DNA from: Parcubacteria group bacterium
GTDB lineage: Bacteria; Patescibacteriota; Minisyncoccia; JACPHC01
NCBI GenBank assembly: GCA_016188775.1
Contig: JACPHC010000006.1
Location: 618-64,617, forward strand
Length of the DNA: 64,000 nucleotides
Reading direction: 5' to 3'
Shown here piece by piece: positions 56,931 to 64,000 of the stretch. The translations under genes were made by a program, and so were the position numbers. The notes below the pieces were generated by a model. That model saw only the letters and a program-made list of their open reading frames with translations, made no database searches and was not told where the DNA came from. Numbering within the stretch: position 1 is the stretch's first letter; each line of letters begins with the position of its first letter.

Positions 56931-59684
56931 ATGGACAGTACCGAAGTTAATCAGACAAAAATTTCAGTTAAGCACGTTGCTACTGCAATTGTGGGCTTAG
57001 TTTTTATTGTTTTTGCCAGCCAGATTCCACAACCTACGAGCAGTTCAACAGTAATTCCGCCTGGAGGAATTGCTTTTGGGCCGGAAACATTTATCCGTTC
57101 AACGGATAAACCGGCAACAATAATTAGAAACTTTAGTGTTGCAAATCCAGATGCAAATTATTTCATCCAGATTCAAAATGGGGAAAATAGCACAAATCGA
57201 GTAAGTAGCGCAATTATAAAACTGAATGATCAAACCATTGTACCGCCCAACGAGTTTAACCAAAATGTTCCAGGATTAAGCAAGGGCATTGTTTTACAAC
57301 AAACCAATACTCTTGAAGTAGAACTCAGAAGTATGCCAAATAGCAGATTAACAGTTACGATCCGGCGAGAGATGATTAATACGACGATACAAAATAAAAG
57401 AAACGATCTTGTCGGCAACAACAACCTTGAAAGTATCGGCTTAGTTTGGGATAGAGAAGAAGGCGCGGTAGAATATGTTATTTTCCGCTCTGATTTCATA
57501 AGCGGCCCCTTTGTGGAGATCGGGCGAGCACCAACTGGCCTGGATAGAAGAACTAATGCAGAAGATATAACGGCCGACGCTAGAAAAAAGACACTCTGTT
57601 ATAAAGTTGAGGCGAGAGATATCGCCGGGAAAACAATACGAACCTACGAGCCAGTGTGCGTTTCCTCGCATGTTGCCAATCCTCATGAACTGGATGATTT
57701 AAGCAAAAGAATTTCCCCGGAGACTTTTTGCTTGAACGAACAACAACTCACTGATACATCCACAATGTCTCTAAGCGATATAGGGGTCTTTTTGCAAAAA
57801 TGGGACAGCTTCTTGATCCGCCAAGATAAAGATGTCGATGGCGTTCCGATTGACCCAGCCACAATTATTGCCAGTTCATCGGCGTCATTCGGGATTAATC
57901 CGCAAGCTATTCTTGGAACCCTCGAAAGAGAATCTGCAGCGATTACGAGGACATCTCCTCCACCGGAAACAACATTGAGGTTAATTATGGGTTTTGATTT
58001 AGCGCACCCAACTACAATCAGGCAACAAATTCAAGACGGAACAGCGCAATATCGTAGAGACTTTGATAGGTTAACGGGAGGCGAACCAACTGCCGGCGGT
58101 TGGCAGTTAGGTATTTCTAAAACTACTCTTGATGGTGTTGCTGTTGTGCCGCGCACAAAAGTATCTGCTGGAATGTTTTCGTACGATCCAGAAGTGGGTA
58201 TCGGTTGGGGTGGTAATACTGGCGCGGGAGGAAATTTTTTCCTTTGTCGAAGATGGGCCTCATTCAATTTTCCCATCCCACCCCAAGCGGTTACTCTGGA
58301 CCAACCCGCTGATGTCACTGCGACTTCATTAAAACTTTCTTGGGCGTTGCCCGCCTTCCCCGACCCCGACTTTTTACACTATAAAATTTTCCGCTCCACC
58401 AGCCCCAATGTTACCGAGAATGACACATTGGTAGCTACCATCACCAACCAATCCCAAACAGTACTTGCTAATACCGGACTTACACCAAACACCACTTTTT
58501 TCTATCGCGTCTTTGCGGTTGATCAAGATAATCTTTCCACCGGCAGCAATGAAGTATCTGCAAAAACGTCATTAGCTGTCGGATTAGCTAATACTCCCTG
58601 GCCAATGCTTAGGCATGACATGCAGCACTCAGGAAAATCTGTCTTTGTTGGCATAGATACTCCGGTATCAAAGTGGTTTCTCAATCTTCCAGATTTTGTA
58701 TTTTTTGAACTCGCTATTGGCAACGAGGGTGTTCTTTTCGGAAAAACAAGAAGCGATCAACTCCTTGCTATCAATCCAGACGGAACATTAAAATGGCAAT
58801 TGCAGTTAGAGCCGTCTCCTATTTTTACGCTTGGTTCAACTCCTGCCATTGCGGCTGATGGTGCCATTATTATAGGGGCTAAAAAGATCTACGCGGTGAA
58901 CCCGGATGGTTCAATTCGATGGTCTTTTGAATCTCCAGCTGATGAATTTTCACGTTCTTCCCCGGCGATCGGTTCCGATGGCACCATTTATATTGCCTCG
59001 ACCAATCTTTCGGTAGCAAAACTTTTCGCAATTAACCCGGATGGTACATTAAAGTGGCAGCAACCAGTCGGCTTTTTAAGTTTTGACTCTCCGGCGGTTG
59101 CTAATGACGGCACAATCTATATTCGAGCCCGAGGGAGTTCAAGCGCTTTTGATGCGCAGCTTTTAGCTTTTAATTCTGACGGATCACTTCGCTGGAGTTT
59201 CTTGCTTCCAGACGGAGAATCTAATCCATTGGTCGCTCAGGATGACACTGTATACCACATTGGCTACGACAACTTCTTGTACGCGATTAGTTCCAACGGC
59301 AATCTAAAATGGAAACAACGGATTAGCCCGGGATCAACTTCAGTATTTTCTAAAATTGGCTTAGACAATGATAGCAATGTTTATGTGGGGGCACACAGAG
59401 AAGGGAAAATTGTTTCCTATAATTCCTCTGGCAATCTCCGCTGGACATTGTCAATTGGTTTTCCGGTCAATTGCATCGGAGTAATGGACGCAAGTGAAAC
59501 TTTATATATAGGCACTAATAGTCACGGAGGAGTCTTTGCTGTTACGAAAGATGGTACTATAAAATGGCATTTTGTTTCCCCAGATAACCCTTTAGATATC
59601 GTTGGTTGTCCAATACTTGATCAAAACAGAACGCTTTATGTTGCCACTAATTCTCCGACACGAGTTTATGCGATCACGCAGTAG
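56931..59684 (+). CDS. Modular surface protein: TM, beta domain, FN3-like, putative lysozyme-like domain, FN3, PQQ-type beta-propeller
   Basis: GINPQAILGTLERES...IMGF; LKLSW...YKIFRS...LTPNTTFFYRV; repeated AINPDGTLKW / SSPAIGSDGTIY. Confidence 0.85.
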   Translation: MDSTEVNQTKISVKHVATAIVGLVFIVFASQIPQPTSSSTVIPPGGIAFGPETFIRSTDKPATIIRNFSVANPDANYFIQIQNGENSTNRVSSAIIKLNDQTIVPPNEFNQNVPGLSKGIVLQQTNTLEVELRSMPNSRLTVTIRREMINTTIQNKRNDLVGNNNLESIGLVWDREEGAVEYVIFRSDFISGPFVEIGRAPTGLDRRTNAEDITADARKKTLCYKVEARDIAGKTIRTYEPVCVSSHVANPHELDDLSKRISPETFCLNEQQLTDTSTMSLSDIGVFLQKWDSFLIRQDKDVDGVPIDPATIIASSSASFGINPQAILGTLERESAAITRTSPPPETTLRLIMGFDLAHPTTIRQQIQDGTAQYRRDFDRLTGGEPTAGGWQLGISKTTLDGVAVVPRTKVSAGMFSYDPEVGIGWGGNTGAGGNFFLCRRWASFNFPIPPQAVTLDQPADVTATSLKLSWALPAFPDPDFLHYKIFRSTSPNVTENDTLVATITNQSQTVLANTGLTPNTTFFYRVFAVDQDNLSTGSNEVSAKTSLAVGLANTPWPMLRHDMQHSGKSVFVGIDTPVSKWFLNLPDFVFFELAIGNEGVLFGKTRSDQLLAINPDGTLKWQLQLEPSPIFTLGSTPAIAADGAIIIGAKKIYAVNPDGSIRWSFESPADEFSRSSPAIGSDGTIYIASTNLSVAKLFAINPDGTLKWQQPVGFLSFDSPAVANDGTIYIRARGSSSAFDAQLLAFNSDGSLRWSFLLPDGESNPLVAQDDTVYHIGYDNFLYAISSNGNLKWKQRISPGSTSVFSKIGLDNDSNVYVGAHREGKIVSYNSSGNLRWTLSIGFPVNCIGVMDASETLYIGTNSHGGVFAVTKDGTIKWHFVSPDNPLDIVGCPILDQNRTLYVATNSPTRVYAITQ

Positions 59685-59755
59685 TAAAGCAGGGATATAA
59701 GAAGGAATTCTTCCAAATCAAAATTGTTGGGGATGAATAAAGCAATGTATTAAAG

Positions 59756-59946
59756 AGAATTTTCTCCACGAGCCGCAAGTGAAGCCCCGCTGCCTACTCG
59801 TTCAGAGCGGCGGCTGGCGGCGGACTTCCTTAGTTCAGGAATTTTTGATAAACCCCCATGCCTAAAATTTAGGTGTGGGGTTAAAGCAAGTTCGAGCGCG
59901 GTCGTAAATATACACCAAAATAAAAAACCCGGGCGCGGGTTTTTTA
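59756..59946 (-). repeat. Right arm of 191-bp inverted repeat
   Basis: Reverse complement of 56217-56407. Confidence 0.95.
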
Positions 59947-59972
59947 AAATTATTTGTGGTATAATTTCTTTG

Positions 59973-61325
59973 ATGTCTCATCTTTCTTTTTTCGGCGGAG
60001 TTGAAGAAGTGACCGGTTCAAATTATCTTTTGGAACATAAAGATAAAAAGATTTTGATTGATTGCGGAATGTTTCAGGGTTCGCGTTTTGCCGAAGAAAA
60101 AAATTTCGAACCTTTTCCTTATAATCCTAAAAAAATCGATTTTTTAGCCATTACTCATTCGCACATTGATCATATCGGCCGCATTCCAAAACTTTATCGG
60201 GAAGGTTTTCGAGGCAAAATTTTTTCCACCCGGCCGATCAAAGATTTCGCGGAACTTTTTTTATCCGACAGTCTTAAACAGTTGGAAGATATAGCGAGAG
60301 ATTTTAAAAAAGAACCCTTTTTTGACGAAAAAGATTTAATCGGCGCGATGAATCTTTTTGAAACCTACGACTACGGAGAAAAAATCGATCTGGGAGAAAA
60401 TTTTTATTTGATTTTTCGCGATGCCGGCCATATTTTGGGCTCCAGTATTATTGAAGTTTTTATAAACGGACAAAAATTGGCCTTTACCGGCGATTTAGGC
60501 AATCCGCCAACGCCGATTTTGAAACCAACCGAACGAATTTCTAACGCCGATTGGCTGATTATGGAGGCGACTTACGGCAATCGTTTGCACGAGGATAAAT
60601 TAAAAAGAAAGACGTTGTTGGAACGGGCCATTGAAGACACGGTGACCCAGGGCGGAGTTTTAATGATTCCGGCTTTTGCCATGGAAAGAACGCAGGAGAT
60701 ACTTTACGAATTGGACGAGCTGGTGAAAAATCATCGAATTCCCCGGATTCCCATTTTTATTGACAGTCCCTTGGCTATTAAAGCCACGAATATTTATAAA
60801 AAATACACCGATTATTATAATCAGGAGGCGATTAGCCTGATTCGTTCCGGCGAAGATTTTTTCCGTTTTTCCGGACTTAAATTCACCGAAACAAAAGAAG
60901 AATCAAAAAAAATCAACGATGTTCCGGCGCCAAAGATTATTATTGCCGGTTCCGGCATGTCCAACGGCGGCCGGATTTTGCATCATGAGCGCCGATACCT
61001 GGCCGATCCCAAAAGCCTTCTTTTGATTATCGGCTATCAAGCTTTTGGTTCGCTTGGCCGGAGATTGCTTGACGGAGAGAAAGAGGTCCGGCTGTTTGGC
61101 GAAACTATTCCGGTTCGGGCTCGGGTTCGGGCGATTGGCGGCTATTCGGCTCACGCGGACCAAGAAGGGCTTTTGGAATTCGTTTCCAATATGCGCGAAA
61201 CTTTAAAAAAAGTTTTTTTGGTGCACGGTGAATTCGGAGCCGCGGAAACTCTGGCTTTAAAAATCAAAGACGAAATGGCAATTGAGGCGATTATACCAAA
61301 ATTTGGAGAAAAATTTGAAATTTGA
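59973..61325 (+). CDS. MBL-fold beta-CASP ribonuclease (Ysh1-like)
   Basis: THSHIDH, AGHILGS, FTGD, EATYG, YSAHAD, VHGE. Confidence 0.93.
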   Translation: MSHLSFFGGVEEVTGSNYLLEHKDKKILIDCGMFQGSRFAEEKNFEPFPYNPKKIDFLAITHSHIDHIGRIPKLYREGFRGKIFSTRPIKDFAELFLSDSLKQLEDIARDFKKEPFFDEKDLIGAMNLFETYDYGEKIDLGENFYLIFRDAGHILGSSIIEVFINGQKLAFTGDLGNPPTPILKPTERISNADWLIMEATYGNRLHEDKLKRKTLLERAIEDTVTQGGVLMIPAFAMERTQEILYELDELVKNHRIPRIPIFIDSPLAIKATNIYKKYTDYYNQEAISLIRSGEDFFRFSGLKFTETKEESKKINDVPAPKIIIAGSGMSNGGRILHHERRYLADPKSLLLIIGYQAFGSLGRRLLDGEKEVRLFGETIPVRARVRAIGGYSAHADQEGLLEFVSNMRETLKKVFLVHGEFGAAETLALKIKDEMAIEAIIPKFGEKFEI

Positions 61326-61342
61326 TACAATATTTATACAAC

Positions 61343-61431
61343 TGTCATTGCGAGTCCCGCTTTAGCGGGGCGTGGCAATCTCTTCTTTTGACTAATTTTA
61401 GAGATTGCTTCGCTTTCAGCTCGCAATGACA
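61343..61431. repeat. REPIN-like inverted pair (family A)
   Basis: TGTCATTGCGAG...GCAATCTC ... GAGATTGC...CTCGCAATGACA. Confidence 0.88.
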
Positions 61432-61478
61432 AAATATGCTTTTATATAAATTCTATTAATGAAGTTAAAATTATTTTT

Positions 61479-62099
61479 ATGTCTAAATTATCGAACGCTC
61501 AAAAATATCATTTAAAATATAAAATCGCGGTTTCCGGCGCGGCCGAATCCGGCAATTGTTCGGATTACGCCTTGGAAAAAGCTAGGGAAATCGGCAAAGA
61601 AATCGTCAAACAAGGCGCGGTTTTAGTCACTGGCGCCACTACCGGCATTCCTTATTGGGCCGCGAAAGGAACTAAAGAAGAAGGAGGTATTAGCATCGGT
61701 GTTTCGCCGGCGGCCTCGGAAAGGGATCATGTTAAAAAATATCGGCTGCCTATAGATTATTTTGACATTATGATTTATACCGGCTTTGAATATTCCGGCC
61801 GGAATTTATTGATGACTCGGGCGGCCGATGCCGTGATTGTCATCTGCGGCCGGATGGGCACGTTAAACGAGTTCACTATCGCCTTTGAAGATCATAAAGC
61901 CATCGGCGTGCTTTTGGGCACCGGCGGGACCGCCGATATGCTTCGGGAAATCGTGGCCAGAGCTCATCGGGGTCCGGGGAAAATTGTCTACGACGACAAT
62001 CCTAAAAAATTAGTGGAGCGGCTTTTGAAAATTATTAAAAAAGAAAAAATGGCCGATGTTGTCAAGCAAAGAATTTTGGCTCGACAAGGGAAAATTTAA
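61479..62099 (+). CDS. LOG/SLOG family nucleotide-binding protein
   Basis: LVTGA, GRNLL, GRMGTLNEF. Confidence 0.85.
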   Translation: MSKLSNAQKYHLKYKIAVSGAAESGNCSDYALEKAREIGKEIVKQGAVLVTGATTGIPYWAAKGTKEEGGISIGVSPAASERDHVKKYRLPIDYFDIMIYTGFEYSGRNLLMTRAADAVIVICGRMGTLNEFTIAFEDHKAIGVLLGTGGTADMLREIVARAHRGPGKIVYDDNPKKLVERLLKIIKKEKMADVVKQRILARQGKI

Positions 62100-62131
62100 A
62101 GGTCCGAATAATTTATTAATAAAATAAAATA

Positions 62132-62389
62132 ATGGAAGCCGAAGAAAAATTAGTCGGTGTCATTACCCATTATTATCCGAAAATAAAAGTGGGCGTCATT
62201 GAATTGGCGGATAATTTGAGCGTTGGCGACAAAATTCGGATCAAGGGCAATTCAACCGATTTTGAGCAAATCGTTAGTTCAATTCAGGTTGAACATAGAG
62301 ACATTCAGCAGGCGAAAAAAAGCGAAGTAGTGGGGATCGGACTGGATCAGCCGGCGAGCGAAAATTACAAAGTTTATAAAGCCCAGTAA
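62132..62389 (+). CDS. Small EF-Tu domain-2-like beta-barrel protein
   Basis: VGVITHYYPKIKVGVI, LSVGDKIRIKG, TDFEQ. Confidence 0.8.
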   Translation: MEAEEKLVGVITHYYPKIKVGVIELADNLSVGDKIRIKGNSTDFEQIVSSIQVEHRDIQQAKKSEVVGIGLDQPASENYKVYKAQ

Positions 62390-62390
62390 A

Positions 62391-62834
62391 ATGATTTTCA
62401 CCGATTTTAGTTATGAAATTTTAATTCAGCTTATTTTAGCCGTGATTCTTGGAGCGGTTATTGGTTTTGAGCGAACCGTTTCTGGCAAGGCCGCCGGTCT
62501 TCGAACTTACGCTTTAGTGACTTTAGGGTCAACGATTTTCACTATTCTTTCCCGTTTGGCTTTTCGGCCCGATGTTTTAAACAACCAATTTGACCCGACC
62601 AGAATCGCCGCTCAAATCGTTGTGGGTATCGGTTTTATTGGCGCCGGCTTAATCGTCATCAAAGAACAAAAACTTCAGGGACTGACAACCGCGGCCGGTC
62701 TTTGGACAGCCGCGGCCGTGGGAATGGCTATCGGCGCCAAGTTTTATTTTACCGCCCTGTCCAGCGTTTTTTTAATCGTTTTAATTTTAGCCATTTTAAG
62801 ATGGGCGAGAATTGAGGAACGATTTTCTAAATGA
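62391..62834 (+). CDS. mgtC: MgtC/SapB family membrane protein
   Basis: IGFER, AGLRT, RIAAQIVVGIGFIGAG, GLTTAA. Confidence 0.92.
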   Translation: MIFTDFSYEILIQLILAVILGAVIGFERTVSGKAAGLRTYALVTLGSTIFTILSRLAFRPDVLNNQFDPTRIAAQIVVGIGFIGAGLIVIKEQKLQGLTTAAGLWTAAAVGMAIGAKFYFTALSSVFLIVLILAILRWARIEERFSK

Positions 62835-63967
62835 CCATCAGTCGTTTTTATTTGGCCATAAGCATTTTAGTCGGCGCGATTGTCGGAGTAGGAATTTTTA
62901 GCTTGCCCTATTTGGCTTCCCAGGCGGGTTTTTTTGTTTCTCTTTTTTGGCTGACTCTTTTGGCTTTAGTTTCTGCTTATCTTCACTTGATGTATGGCGA
63001 AATTATTTTACGGACTGGCCAAGAACATCGTTTCCCCGGTTACGTCCGTTATTATCTCGGAAAAATTTGGGGCCTTCTTTCGTCTTTTTCCACGATTTTT
63101 GGCCTTTGGCTGTCCCAACTTGTTTATATTATAGTCGGCGCGGGATTTTTAGAGCTGATTTTTAAAAATTTCGTGAAGCCTCCTCCCGGTTTTTGGGCTT
63201 TTTCTTTGTTTATTTTGGGCGCTTTTTTTATTTATCTTGATATTACTCGGTTAGCCAAAGGAGAATTATTTTTTAATTTTTTTTTAATTTTAATTTTTTT
63301 TTTGATATTTTTAGCCAGTTGGTCGTTGATTCGTTTTGAAAATTTTTACGGTTTTTCTCGGCAAAATTTTTTCCTTCCTTACGGCGCCACTCTTTTCACT
63401 CTCACCGGCCTGATGAGTATCGCGGAAGTCAAAGAAGTGTTGGCGCCGGATTTTTCGCTTTTCAAAAAAGCGATTAAGGCGGGTATTTTTATTTCGGCGT
63501 TAATTTCTTTGATTTTTTTAATAACCGTTTTGGGAGTCAGCGGCAACTTAACCAGCGAAAATTCTATTGCCGGTCTGGAAAAATTTTTGCCAAGATCAAT
63601 TATCGCGCTTCTGTCTGGGTTTGGCTTTCTAGCTGTTTTTACTTCATTTTTAACCACAGGATTTAGTTTGAAAAAAGTTTTTTGGTATGACTGGGCCGTT
63701 CCGAAAAATTTATCTTTTTTTTTCGCGGTCTTACCGCCGATTATTTTTTATTTTTCCAGCTTTAAAAATTTTATTGAGATTATCAGTTTTAGCGGAACTA
63801 TTTTTTTAGGCTTCGATGCTCTTCTTTTGCTTTTTATTTATCGAAAATCAAAAACCAAAGGAGATAGAAGTCCGGAATATAGCTTGCGATCTTCAATTCT
63901 CCCTCTTTTTATTGGTATAATATTGGTATTGGGAGTTTTAGCTTATTTTTTTAAAAATCCTATATAA
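62831..63967 (+). CDS. Aromatic amino acid permease family transporter
   Basis: GAIVGVGIFSLPY, ~11 TM, TSFL. Confidence 0.85.
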   Translation: MTISRFYLAISILVGAIVGVGIFSLPYLASQAGFFVSLFWLTLLALVSAYLHLMYGEIILRTGQEHRFPGYVRYYLGKIWGLLSSFSTIFGLWLSQLVYIIVGAGFLELIFKNFVKPPPGFWAFSLFILGAFFIYLDITRLAKGELFFNFFLILIFFLIFLASWSLIRFENFYGFSRQNFFLPYGATLFTLTGLMSIAEVKEVLAPDFSLFKKAIKAGIFISALISLIFLITVLGVSGNLTSENSIAGLEKFLPRSIIALLSGFGFLAVFTSFLTTGFSLKKVFWYDWAVPKNLSFFFAVLPPIIFYFSSFKNFIEIISFSGTIFLGFDALLLLFIYRKSKTKGDRSPEYSLRSSILPLFIGIILVLGVLAYFFKNPI

Positions 63968-64000
63968 TAATTAAAGAAGTTATTCTAAAAATTCTAGAAT

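Larger units (their letters stand above)
56217..59946. mobile_element. tRNA-anchored, inverted-repeat-bounded cassette without its own recombinase
   Basis: 191-bp IRs; 19-bp direct repeat CACCAAAATAAAAAACCCG at 56209 and 59913; atypical cargo composition. Confidence 0.7.

Noticed and set aside
56630-57517. Diversity-generating retroelement TR/VR pair
   Set aside because: Both copies are coding, differences are not adenine-specific and no reverse transcriptase is in the window

Overview
Low-GC chromosomal segment of a CPR/Patescibacteria bacterium, most likely Parcubacteria (inferred from gene content and protein style). It spans the replication origin (jag-yidC-rnpA-rpmH <- oriC -> dnaA-dnaN, with an apparent C-rich to G-rich switch on the + strand near 18-20 kb, judged by eye). 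Left of the origin lie a Xer-type tyrosine recombinase, two accessory lipoprotein genes and a ~12.5 kb relaxase-free type IV secretion-like cluster (VirB6-like, Cys-rich pilin, PrgI, VirB4, beta-propeller). Right of it lie housekeeping genes (PBP1A, ruvABC, polA, mutM, uvrB, holA, rpsT, murE, pilB) and a copper/thiol-redox cluster. Its copA-copZ pair is split by an AT-rich insert with a two-piece subtilase and a frameshifted O-antigen ligase. There is also a presenilin-type protease. The most striking feature follows tRNA-Arg(CCG): a 3.7 kb surface-protein cassette bounded by 191-bp near-perfect inverted repeats that also contain a 19-bp direct repeat of the tRNA 3' end, with no recombinase inside. 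Intergenic DNA holds several families of palindromic or MITE-like elements, some of them in frame inside genes. Many genes look leaderless. All calls come from reading the sequence; no searches were run.
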